Shown here one piece after another: positions 44,661-55,425 of a stretch of 64,000 nt of DNA. Origin of the DNA: Anthoceros angustus (taxonomy: Eukaryota > Plantae > Anthocerotophyta); contig MU008155.1 in NCBI GenBank assembly GCA_010909165.1, forward strand, positions 1,922,001 to 1,986,000, written 5' to 3'. The first letter of the stretch is position 1; the number at the start of each line of letters is the position of its first letter. The translations under genes were made by a program, and so were the position numbers. The notes beneath the pieces are model-generated. The model had not been told where the DNA came from, ran no database searches, and saw only the letters and a program-made list of their open reading frames with translations.

Positions 44661-47600
44661 TCAAGGTCGACTCTTACAACTGCAACGACCAGCTGCGAAT
44701 CGATGCACTCGGTACCCATCTCTTACAACAATCTGCCTCTTTTCAACCCTTGACATGATCTCGGTGGAACTGTGGCAGTCACTGCACATGCGTAGATTCT
44801 TCGTTACCAGCAGAGGTGTGCCACTGGGAGTGTTCAATAGACCATAAGCCAGAGCTAATTTCTCAGCATGCCCGCAAAGAGCGTCTTCCTTTTCCTTCTC
44901 AGACACTGGCTTCAACACCAACTTCGTTTGTGGTACGTGGCCTCCCTCTTGCGTCAGACGTGCATTGATGCTCTCTACCTGGGGCGAAATGTCATCTCTG
45001 TTTTGTCCCACCACAAATGTGTGTACCTGATTCTTCACCTCAATACCCGCCACTGCAGGTGTTTTCTTAGCCCCGGCTGACTTTCTCTGTGTTTCGATCC
45101 TCTGTACATCGCTCCACCTACCTGCATCTGCATAGGCATTGGCCATGAGCACATATGCCGATGCATGCTGAGGCTCCAGTCTAACAAGGCTTTCAAAGCA
45201 CCGAGTCGCCCTCTCTATATCCCCGTGATTTTTGGAGGCATTGAGCAACGACCTCAACCCTACGACATTACTTTGGTCCTCACATGACAGTAGCATGTTC
45301 TCTGCCTCATCTAAATGACCTGCACGCCCAAGAAGCTCAACCATGCAAATGTAATGCTCAATAGTAGGTTTCCTGCCAAGCTGTTCAACCATAGAATTGA
45401 AGTGCTTGCGACCCTCATTCACCAGTCCCTCATGACTGCATGCTACAAAAAGGCAAGTAAGAGTACCATCATTTGGCTGAATACCAGCGACTAACATCTC
45501 CTCAAAACAAGCTAGGGCCTTGTGACCTTCACCACAAGCACCGCACCCAGATATCAAGGCATTCCATGTCACGACATCCTTTGAAACCAAGCTGTCAAAA
45601 ACCTGGCGTGCCTCTTCCAGTTCACCACATTTTGCATACATGTCCACCAGGCAGGTGCCAACCTGTCCGTTATCAAGTAGTCCTCTTTCCACAATCTGTG
45701 AGTGCAGCTGCCTACCCTTTTGTAAGGCACCAGCACTTGCACAGGCCTTAAGCAGGCAAGCGAAAGTAAGATGGTCAGCCAGAATCAGACCCTCCTGCTC
45801 CATTTGTCCATATAGAACAAGTGCCTCTTGACTGAGCCCTTGATCTGCATATCTAGCAATCAGAGGATTCCATGTCAACACATCCTGTGTGTTAAAGCTG
45901 TGAGAACTCCTGCGTACACCCTCTTGTTCGCCGCATTTTGCATACCCAGTAATAAGGGTATTCCATGTCACTACATCCTTTGTTGCCAAGCTGTCAAAAA
46001 CCCTCCGTGCATCCTCAAGTTCACCACATTTTGCATACATGTCCACTAGGCAGTTGCCAACCAGTACGTTTTCTAGCAGTCCTCTTTCCACAATCTGTGA
46101 GTGGAGCTGCCTGCCCTTCTGTAAGTCACCAGTGCTTGTACAGGCCTTCAGAAGGCAAGCAAGAGTAACATGGTCAGCCACACTCAAGCCCTCCTGCTCC
46201 ATTTGTCCATACAGAACAAGCGCGTCTCGGCCGAGCCCTTGTTGTGCATACCCAGCAATCAGGGCCGTCCATGTAACCGCATCCTTTGTGGCCAAGATGT
46301 CAAATACCCCACGCGCATCTTCCAATTCACCACATTTTGCATACATGTCCACCAGGCAGGTGCCAACCAGTATGTTCCCTAGCAGTCCTCTTTCCACAAT
46401 CTGTGAGTGGAGCTGCCTGCCCTTCTGTAAGGCACCGGTGCCTGCACAGGCCTTCAGAAGGCACGCAAAGGTAACATGGTCAGCCAAAATCAGGCCCTCC
46501 TGCTCCATTTGTTCATACAGAACAAGCGCCTGTTGACCGAGCCCTTGTTCTGCATACCCAGAAATCAGGGCCGTCCATGTCACTGCATCCTTTGTGGCTA
46601 AGCTTTGAAATACCCCATGAGCATCTTCCAGTTCGCCACATTTTGCATACATGTCCACCAGGCAGGTGCCAACCAGTATGTTACCTAGCAGTCCTCTTTC
46701 AACAATCTGTGAGTGCAGGTGCCTGCCCTTCTGTAAGGCACCGGTACTTGCACAGGCTTTCAGAAGGCAGGAAAAGGTGATATGGTCAGCCACAACAAGG
46801 CCCTCCTGCTCCATGTTTCCATACAGACCAAGTGCCTCTTGGGCGAGCCCATGTTGTGCATACCCAGAAATCAGGGCTGTCCATGTCACCACATCCTTTG
46901 TGGTCAAGCTGTCAAAAATCTGGCGTGCCTCTTCCAATTCGCCACATTTTACATACCCAGCAATAAGGGCATTCCATGTCACCACATTCTTCGTGGCCAA
47001 GCTATCAAAAACCCAGCGTGCATCTTCCAGTTTGCCACATTTTGCATACATGTCCACCAGGCAGTTGCCAACAAACAAGTTAGGAGGTATGCCACTGTGC
47101 AACACATCACAGTGCACACGTCTGCCAGATTCCAAGTCCGCAGCAAGGGCACAAGCTTGAAGGGCAGCTACAAAGACGTGGGCATCCGCCTTCAAACCTG
47201 ACCTACGCACCTCATGGTACAATTGTATAGCCTCATTAGGATTCCCATGTTTGGCATGTGCGGAGATTATAGAACCCCACATGAAGGCATCTGGTTTACC
47301 CACCCTGGTGAACACATCCATGGCCTCCTGTAGCCTACCTCCAGATGCATACATGCGCAAGATATGGTTCCCCAAGTACGTATTTGACTCATACCCAAGT
47401 GCGACACACAGATCATGAACTCGTCGCCCCACAACCAGATCCTTTTTAGCGGCACACAACTTTAGCACAGTATACAACAGAGACACAGAGATAGGAAAGT
47501 TTGTCTCCGCCAGAGATTCCAGTGCTCCAAATGCCTCAGTGAGCTTCCCCTGCTGACATAGGGTGCTCACGGTTACAGCAGACGGGACGCCTATTTCACA

Positions 47601-48065
47601 TCCTGCAGGCCTGCCGAGCTCGGGCTTACCCGGAAACCCCCACTTGAGAGGAGAGACACCATGTCCCATCTGCATATCCCAAGAGATGAGCTGCTCATCC
47701 ACCCAAGCTGGCTTGGACATGCTGTTTAACCAGAGGACCTCGCCAGACCCCTTACGCCGGAAGTCAGGCGAACGGGAGCTCCTCTTATCTCGCCTGTTGT
47801 CCCACCACATGGTAGGGTCCAGAAAAAACTGTCGCCACAGAAGTTCCAGTTGATGGTCCTGGCAACGACCATCGCTGAAAAATCCTTCCACAGCGACGCA
47901 ATTTGTCGGAAGTACTGAGTTCATGACACTGCTGCACCTGGAGGCTTGATCGTATTCCAGCGGTTGAGTCTTCCCTGAGAGGTGGGCGGGAGCTCCTCGT
48001 TGAATCCCTGTACACCCACCAATTTGTTGGGTACACGACGAATTCAGTTGCCATTTTGTGGCCAT
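44661..48065 (-). CDS. G6: PDF-motif + PLS PPR + E + DYW:KP editing factor
   Basis: Intact ORF, first in-frame ATG 48065; PDF-like motif 47688-47843; KKTPAVAGIEV, HAEK, CSDC, ends RCSCKSRP. Confidence 0.92.
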   Translation of the reverse strand: MATKWQLNSSCTQQIGGCTGIQRGAPAHLSGKTQPLEYDQASRCSSVMNSVLPTNCVAVEGFFSDGRCQDHQLELLWRQFFLDPTMWWDNRRDKRSSRSPDFRRKGSGEVLWLNSMSKPAWVDEQLISWDMQMGHGVSPLKWGFPGKPELGRPAGCEIGVPSAVTVSTLCQQGKLTEAFGALESLAETNFPISVSLLYTVLKLCAAKKDLVVGRRVHDLCVALGYESNTYLGNHILRMYASGGRLQEAMDVFTRVGKPDAFMWGSIISAHAKHGNPNEAIQLYHEVRRSGLKADAHVFVAALQACALAADLESGRRVHCDVLHSGIPPNLFVGNCLVDMYAKCGKLEDARWVFDSLATKNVVTWNALIAGYVKCGELEEARQIFDSLTTKDVVTWTALISGYAQHGLAQEALGLYGNMEQEGLVVADHITFSCLLKACASTGALQKGRHLHSQIVERGLLGNILVGTCLVDMYAKCGELEDAHGVFQSLATKDAVTWTALISGYAEQGLGQQALVLYEQMEQEGLILADHVTFACLLKACAGTGALQKGRQLHSQIVERGLLGNILVGTCLVDMYAKCGELEDARGVFDILATKDAVTWTALIAGYAQQGLGRDALVLYGQMEQEGLSVADHVTLACLLKACTSTGDLQKGRQLHSQIVERGLLENVLVGNCLVDMYAKCGELEDARRVFDSLATKDVVTWNTLITGYAKCGEQEGVRRSSHSFNTQDVLTWNPLIARYADQGLSQEALVLYGQMEQEGLILADHLTFACLLKACASAGALQKGRQLHSQIVERGLLDNGQVGTCLVDMYAKCGELEEARQVFDSLVSKDVVTWNALISGCGACGEGHKALACFEEMLVAGIQPNDGTLTCLFVACSHEGLVNEGRKHFNSMVEQLGRKPTIEHYICMVELLGRAGHLDEAENMLLSCEDQSNVVGLRSLLNASKNHGDIERATRCFESLVRLEPQHASAYVLMANAYADAGRWSDVQRIETQRKSAGAKKTPAVAGIEVKNQVHTFVVGQNRDDISPQVESINARLTQEGGHVPQTKLVLKPVSEKEKEDALCGHAEKLALAYGLLNTPSGTPLLVTKNLRMCSDCHSSTEIMSRVEKRQIVVRDGYRVHRFAAGRCSCKSRP

Positions 48066-48511
48066 ATTACTGGCACCGCTCTCGCCGAATGAGACGGACC
48101 GTGACAGGATGCTCAGGACTGGGAGTGTGCATGACCACACCACCCTGACAAGTGCAGTGCAGTGCAGTGCAGACGGTTTTCTATTCTCGATTGCAAGCAC
48201 ACCCAAAGAAAAATGAACCACGCGTACTGAGGAACAGCACGATGATGCATGCAAATCCAGGACCGCAAGGCGATAGAGAATTGAGTAGACTTAAGTCCAC
48301 CGTTTTCTGAGAGGTCAGTATGATGCATGACCTTGAAAATAAGATTTCTCCCACTTTCCTCACTTTGCGAGGAGGTGACAATGAGAGATGTATAACGGTC
48401 AGACACCATGCACGTAAACAGGTACCCAATCATGCCATGGTGAAGCGACAGCCGTATGGGTCCGACTCGTGTTTGCTACGACAGAGAGTAAAAAGTAGAG
48501 TGATAGACGGA

Positions 48512-51500
48512 CTATCGAACCCTTGCAATCAGATCGGGCACTTCTACATCTTGATCATTTGCATCCGTGCATGATAACCCGAAAGAGACGGTGCTCTCGG
48601 TTGGAGGCACAGTAACTTTTGACACACTTGTGATCAACTCTAGCAATTGCAACGGCAGTCTGTCCTGTAACTTCTTCTTCGGAAGGAATTCCGCGTATAG
48701 CAAGCTCTTGCCATAGGAAATCATGGTAATCTGCGAAATGCATAAACGATAAGATGGATGATTGGGCCGGGAAACTCTCATCAACATTACCTCCTGTGTA
48801 CGGGAAACATATTCCTTACCTCTAAACCTTGCTCCCGCTTGAAGTCTTCCAAAAAGGTCTCCAAACTCTTCCCCACGCAATCCATTTCGAATCGATCCCA
48901 CAATGTCCAAATTAGGGGGGGCCTACCCTTCCTCATAACCTGTTCCATATCCACGTCAGAAAAGAGCAACGGCTGCAACAAAGCTCAAGCTTACAATACA
49001 GCGACGCTGTAACAGAAACGTACTTCGAACTGGACAGCTTTTCGAGGCTCTGCACAGGAGAAAAAGGGCACAGATAGATTGAAGTAGCTGTGTTTGTGAT
49101 AAGATAAAGGCTTCCCCTGCACCAACTTGTAAAGCTCCAGGCACATCAGGCCCCCCACAACTGCTGTCGATGTGACCAGAGCAGGAATGGCCCTGCCTCC
49201 CACCAGCCTTGCCTGGAGTAACCACAATATGCGGTAAAAAGAGCAATTCACATATACGACAGAAGTCAATCGGAATCTGTTGGTCTCAGCTCTAATTTCC
49301 AAAAGTCTGACCTGCAGCTTATCAGCGGAGGGTATTCCATAGTTTCTAGCACGCAGGCTCGAGGCAGCTGCCACGAACTCCGCATGAAAGCTTTGCTCAG
49401 CATCTTTCTCAAATTCTATTGGCGTCAACCTATAACCCTGAGAAAACAGAAAACAGCACTCTGATCACCCCAACTCCAGCATTCTTCGCAGATGGTAGTT
49501 TGATATTCCCTGAGGCTTTCTTCAGGGAGCAACTGATCCCAAAGCACAAAACACGTCCTTAGGCACAAAGACAACCATATAATGAGCTTCAGGAATGCAG
49601 CTGATATTTGATGAAATTTCTCATAATATGGACAGCTTGAAGGGTCCTACTGAAATAGAAGCATGATTCTTCCAGCGGGGAAAGACTGTAGCGGACACAG
49701 CATAAATATATATCACAGCCAACACCCAAACCCCGACTTATGGCTAATGCCTGTAATAGCTCTTTCAGTCAGATGACTTACTTACAACTCGGATTTCAAC
49801 TGGACCTAAGCTCAATGCCTTACATGTGCTTACATGGGTTTGCATCCTAGGACAGGATCTGCTCTGAAGACGGGAAATTATGTGGCTAGCACAGTCTAAG
49901 CTGCAGCGCAGAAAGACATGTTTGAAACTTACGCTTGTCCTGCTTACCAAAAACTAATGCTACATCAGCGAACCTTCAGAGACCAAAGAACGTACCCAAT
50001 CACTTTGCGCCTGCAAGGCCTGCAACAGCACCTACTGTAAGCGAAGAAACAGCATCTCTGACCTAGGTTACCTATCAAATAGTACAAAAACTCAGTGCAC
50101 GTAGATTAACTTGTACACCCAACTACCACTTGGTACAGTGCTTATATCACGTACTATCCCAGGAAATAACGTCTGAAGTCCTGGTTAGACTCTCTAGGTG
50201 CCCTTCCTACTGACATAAACGCTTGATATTCAAAAATGGATGGCGTAAGAAATCCCCTGGACACAAGTTAAGCCAGACAAACCGCAGAGTGCTCAGAGGA
50301 CCGAAAGACAAGGAGATACGGAGCACAAGGAACGAAGATATACTGCTAGTGTCGCTGGAGTTGGAAGTTCTCCCAGGATCAATTCACATGCATCAGATGC
50401 ATCAGAATCCTCCCGAGACCTCCGATTTGTGTTGCGCAGTTCGCTGTCAGATGTTGCAATCCGTACTCCTTCCTGAACAATAGACATTACACACAACATT
50501 AGACATTCGGCTGCCAGGGCCAGCAGAAGAAGCAAACCCCGTCAATGTTAATGCAGCCTATGTGATTGATACAAACGAACTACTGGCAAACATCTAACTT
50601 TGGCCTCTTGGCCCTAGTTCTCAGGACTTACTTTTGGGACGAAAGATGGAACATCCACACGCTGCACACTATCAATAAATAGCTGTCGGTTTTCATAACC
50701 TTTCAGGCCATAGACAGTCGCCTGAAGATTTGCTGCTGCAATAATAAAATCAATGTGCAACTGATCTGAAGGATCAAACAGCACAGGATCTGGCGCACGC
50801 TTTGTCCCACTCCAGAAAGGCGCTCCAGCTGTTGTGCTCATGCCTCGTGGAAAGTTGAAACATAGCTGTCACAATCCCTTGCCTCAGTGACCAGGTAGGA
50901 ACTTCTAGAACGTAAATCAAACCAAGAGCTTCATAGAACAGTAAAGACACCTGTCGAATGCTATTAACGAACAAGTCTTCAAATTGCAAGCGTGCCCATT
51001 CAATGCAGGATTCAAAGCTGCACACAATGCACAGGTGGGGAACTTGTTAGAACTCTTGGCACACTGTCAACAAGCGGCAGACACTCATCCACCCACCTTA
51101 GTGGTCTATGCCGAACCAGGGCATCTCGGAGTGTTTCCAGGACTGCGAGTCGAGTATCTGAGGGTAATTTTCTGTTTGAACTGAGAAAATCCCTACTTGA
51201 GAGATAAGTATTTACATCTATAGGTCGCTGCTTAAAAAGAGCCTCAAATGTGTCAATAGCCCAACGCAGTGTATGCTCAGTGGCATAGGGGAAATTTTTC
51301 AAGGTGCAAATAGGAATTTCTCTGTGCTCTGGAGGATCTCTCGTGGATGCATACATCTCAGACTGAAAGGGTACAAACACCTGCAACGTCACTAGTTATA
51401 TCAGCACTCATAACTTGAATGCACCTCAAATGCTGTTAGTGGCTCACTCTGAAGGCATTTGATGAAACTACAGAGCAGTTTCACCAAATCGTTGTGAACA

Positions 51501-54057
51501 GACTAGGGTGAATGATATGAACAAACCTGTACACTACCCTTTGCACCATGTTTGCCTCCATCAATCATTGGTTTCCGTTTCGAAACACAGCGGGCATCTA
51601 TATATATTCTTGATTCACTGGTGTCCACAGCACAAAAAACTCCTGTGGAAAAGAACAACTGCTCTGAGAACTGCTGAGATGTTCAGATCGACAAATCACA
51701 GTAAAAGACCAAACCAACAGTACAACAAAGTCTAAATTAGTGGAAGTGGATGGCAAGAATACCTGATAGGGACTGGAGAAAGGAGGAGTCGAAGACATCC
51801 TCTGTTGTTGGATCAAATTTTTCTTGCAGAACATGAATCTGAGCAGCAGGATTAATGGATCGCAATGCTCTTCCAGCTGTTGGCGTTTTAGGTCTGCTGA
51901 TGTCACCTACTTGATACAGAATCTGGTCAGCTAGATTTGGTCTTGCAACTGAATCCATGTCCGTGACAGTGACACTGCCATCTGGATTGCATCCCACTCC
52001 CATAAGCACAAGGTTTTTCAGTACTTCGCAACCAATCCCACCTGCACCCACCACAAGCCACTGTCCAAAGACATTCACAGTTCTGAGAACCAAGCCCCAT
52101 AGTGGAAGACCGCCTTCAAATTTTCAGGATAAGAAGGTGGTTGCCAGAACCACAAACTGACATGTCTTACCTTTGAACTTCCCAGCTCTTGCTGAAACTT
52201 TTCCCCAAACACCATGACTTGCTGCTCATATCGAGGATCAACACCTCCATTATCCAATGGACAAACACGCTGTGTGCCTAGCTGAGTAGGTAGACATTCT
52301 ACGGCATCAAAATACAGCCACTGATGTATCGGCACAAGCACTCCAGATATACCCTGCAATACCAACCAACACAATCGATGAGACCAGCATCCATGGCTAC
52401 AAGAAGACAGTCATGCAGTACAAGTGCACGGCCTGGATAGGCATACCCGCCCCAAACTAACATCAAGTGCGAGGATGGCACTTCAATCATGCTATGTCAG
52501 CTGCATAACTCATTAAGACTTTTCAGAAACCTCCCCAAGTACCCTGAGTGCCCACAAGCAATGCTGTGCCCCAAAAACAACCTGTCTGCACGGCATTCCA
52601 TGAGAAGCAAATGAAAGAATGCGTGTCCATGTGAAGGTAGGTGTGACCTTAATAACTTCATGTGCGGCCAGACCTCCGGTGATGGCAGCCACTGGAGACA
52701 GCTCAACTTTTGCCCCCTGAGCTACGAGTCTGACTAAGTGCTCATTGATTTCTGCTCGATTCCGCTCACCACGTCTGACCATCTCTTCATCATGACCTAC
52801 CTGCTGGTCACCACTAGTACTAGTTTCTGCAGCTCTCTGGACTCTACCCTCATCTCCCATAACCCGAGTTTCATCCCTAAAATTGCCTGGGTCCACGCTT
52901 CTGCCTTCCAAATCTACGCTTGTCACATCCATAGCTGAATTGCCGTTGCTGACCAGCGTGTCTAGGGCATTCAACGGTGATCGTTTCCATCGCTCTCTAG
53001 CTATGGCCAATATCTCCTCCACATCCTTCTCTTCGAAAGTTGACGAACCTCCTTGACTGGACTCTCCATTCCTAAGAAGATATTCATCCACCGCTTGAAA
53101 GGACACGTGAAGCTGCGGAGCTCGAGAGGCTTTCACAGGGTCGGTGATGCAAAACTCAGGATGCAGCAAAGAGTCTTCAAGGGACAGAAACTCATGTGTT
53201 CTGACGCGCTTGAGCTTCCGGAAACGGCCCCCGGACACATACCTTTCGTAATTGCGGGTATCCTCCGGAATTGTGAAGGATGACGTTCCAGTCACACTAA
53301 CCGTAAATGGTGCCCTACCATTCAGCTCCGACATCCCCTGGATGCCCTCAAACACAACTTCATCCCCTTCCTCCAGGCCGTGCCTCTGCTCCTCAACAAC
53401 TGTCACAGTGGCTGGAAAATCCTGCGTCACGCTTTCCACCAACACAGGCTCCCCGGGCTCCCCCGTCTCGTCCACCACTGTGAAGCTCGGCCCGAAGTCC
53501 GTGAACACGGACAGAAACACCCCGCGACCCACAGCCAGCACAAACGGAACCTGTGCCGCCCGACAGATTTTGTTCACATGCACATGATAATCCGCGGTGC
53601 CACTGGTGACCACAACGGCATGATAGGAGGCAATGACGGAGGCATAAGCATCCATGGCCGGCTCTAGGGTCACAACTTCCACATCCCCATTAACCTGCTT
53701 GAGCCAATGAGCCACGGCGAGAGACCGCCTGCGCCCAACATCCTGCTGCCGCAACAAGAAGTTGGCCCCGAGATCCGCCTGAGAGACAAGAGCACTGTCC
53801 ACCAGGCCGATGCCCCGCACTCCAGAAAGCGCCAAATTCTTGGCCACCTCTGCTCCCACGGCGTTGCAGCCCAGAATCAAGACCCGGCTCCTGTGCAGGG
53901 ACTGGAAGGCATCCCTGCCCAGCGTGTAGATGACCCGCGAGTAGCGTAGCTCATCCAATTCCTCTTCCCTGATGGACGCAGAAATGGAGACCGACTCCTT
54001 GAGGGCAGAGATGGCCTGTGGCAGGCCACCTCCATCGTCCACCTCCATGGTGCCCAT
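48512..54057 (-). CDS. UBA1-like: Ubiquitin-activating enzyme E1 (UBA1-like, divergent), multi-exon
   Basis: RYSRVIYTLG..GCNAVGAEVAKNLALSGV, VVGAGGIGCEVLKNL, catalytic IPICTLKNFP (Cys about 51307), WARLQFEDLF, ARLVGGRAIPALVTSTA..CLELYK, UFD-like C-terminus ending VEVPDLIARVR. Confidence 0.88.
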
Positions 54058-54634
54058 TCTCGTCCCAAGGAGGCCAAGATCAAAAGCCAGCAGAAGCCCT
54101 CACTCCCCACATACCCCTATACTACACGAGGCCCACCTACTGCTGCACTATCCACTCACTCACTCACCCAATCACCCACTCACTCGCACACTCACTCACG
54201 CTCTTGCTCTTGCTCCTGCGCCAACACCAGCAAAACCGAAACCACACTGTAGATTAGGCTCACAATTCGAAGTTGCTTGTCCCCAAGGAGCATTTAAAAA
54301 CGACATTTCCTCCTACCTATCCCCGACAACCTCTGGAAGATGGAGCTCCGCGTGAGGGGAGAGGCAAGAGCCATGTCTACCAGAAGAAGAAGCAGCCAAC
54401 TTTTTTCCCCTATATGTACATATGCACACATACATATGTACATACACGCACTAACGCTTGGTGGTCAGGACGGTAACTAAGTACAGACCTAGTGGAAGTG
54501 GGCATCGTCAGATGGAATTTTCAAATATCAGGCCCGGAACTGGTCTACAGTTTCAGTGTGAAGCGCGCGAGCCGAGCCCTAGATTCCCAGCTGAGCTCTG
54601 CTGAGCCTACCGTTCTTCCCTCCCGCCTGCCGCT

Positions 54635-54998
54635 ATGAGCAAGTCCGGCCAGCCTCCGGATTTGAAGAAGTACATGGACAGGAAGCTGAACATCAAGTTG
54701 AACGCCAACCGTACGGTGGTTGGTGTGCTGCGTGGTTTCGATCAATTCATGAACTTGGTATTGGACAACACGGTGGAGATCAACGGAACCGAGAAGAATG
54801 AAATTGGCATGGTGGTAAGAACCTTTGTCTGTTGACCTTCTTTGTCATCGCTTTCACAAAGGACTGCGCATTGTGCAGTCCGGATTGAGGTTGGCCTTTT
54901 GTCGTCGTCTGGAGTGATGCGACTTGTTCCACCTTTCGCAGGTTATCAGAGGAAACAGCGTTGTGATGATCGAAGCTCTGGAGAGTGTGAGAACGTGA
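54635..54998 (+). CDS. SmG: Small nuclear ribonucleoprotein G (Sm core protein); exons 54635-54814 and 54942-54998
   Basis: [52 protein letters not shown] | [18 protein letters not shown] with canonical GT-AG intron. Confidence 0.95.
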
Positions 54999-55425
54999 GG
55001 CGGGTCGATGATAGTCGCATTCATCAAGTCGGTGCTCAGGATTTGGGGACTGGAGTTTTTCCCTCTTTCTACAGCATGTGCGGTTGGGCTATGCGTGACA
55101 AGCTGCCCTCTCTGTCGGCGGTCCTGGCTTAGTTCACCAAGATTCTTGTTGTAGACGTCCGCCTGTAGCGGCTTGGGCGAGGGTGACCAAAACCGTGTAC
55201 TACTCTCTTTCAATTTTTGCTCGAACAGCCCGTAGCAGGTTTTTCTGCCGTCGGATAGAAGTGACTTGCACACAATTGTGTACGTGGAAGCAGCCCTGTG
55301 ATAATTTTTAAGTATTAAAGATGTTACGCGTGACCACTGTTGCATCTCGACAGTAAAAACGGAAGCTCGCTAATCCTTCCCTGGTGATCTTGTGCTGCAG
55401 TGAAGAACCTATTGACAGGATAGGA

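Noticed and set aside
5852-47201. Numerous antisense and alternative-frame ORFs (e.g. ..SSPHFAYMSTRQVPT..) overlapping the PPR genes
   Set aside because: Shadow ORFs produced by the repetitive PPR codon pattern; no independent coding evidence.
4984-48254. N-terminal extensions of the PPR ORFs upstream of MAT(V/K)WQ, as drawn in the ORF track
   Set aside because: They start at TTG, vary from 11 to 75 codons, and the upstream VWSCT frame is in frame in G3 and G6 but hits a stop in G4; best read as homologous 5' UTR.
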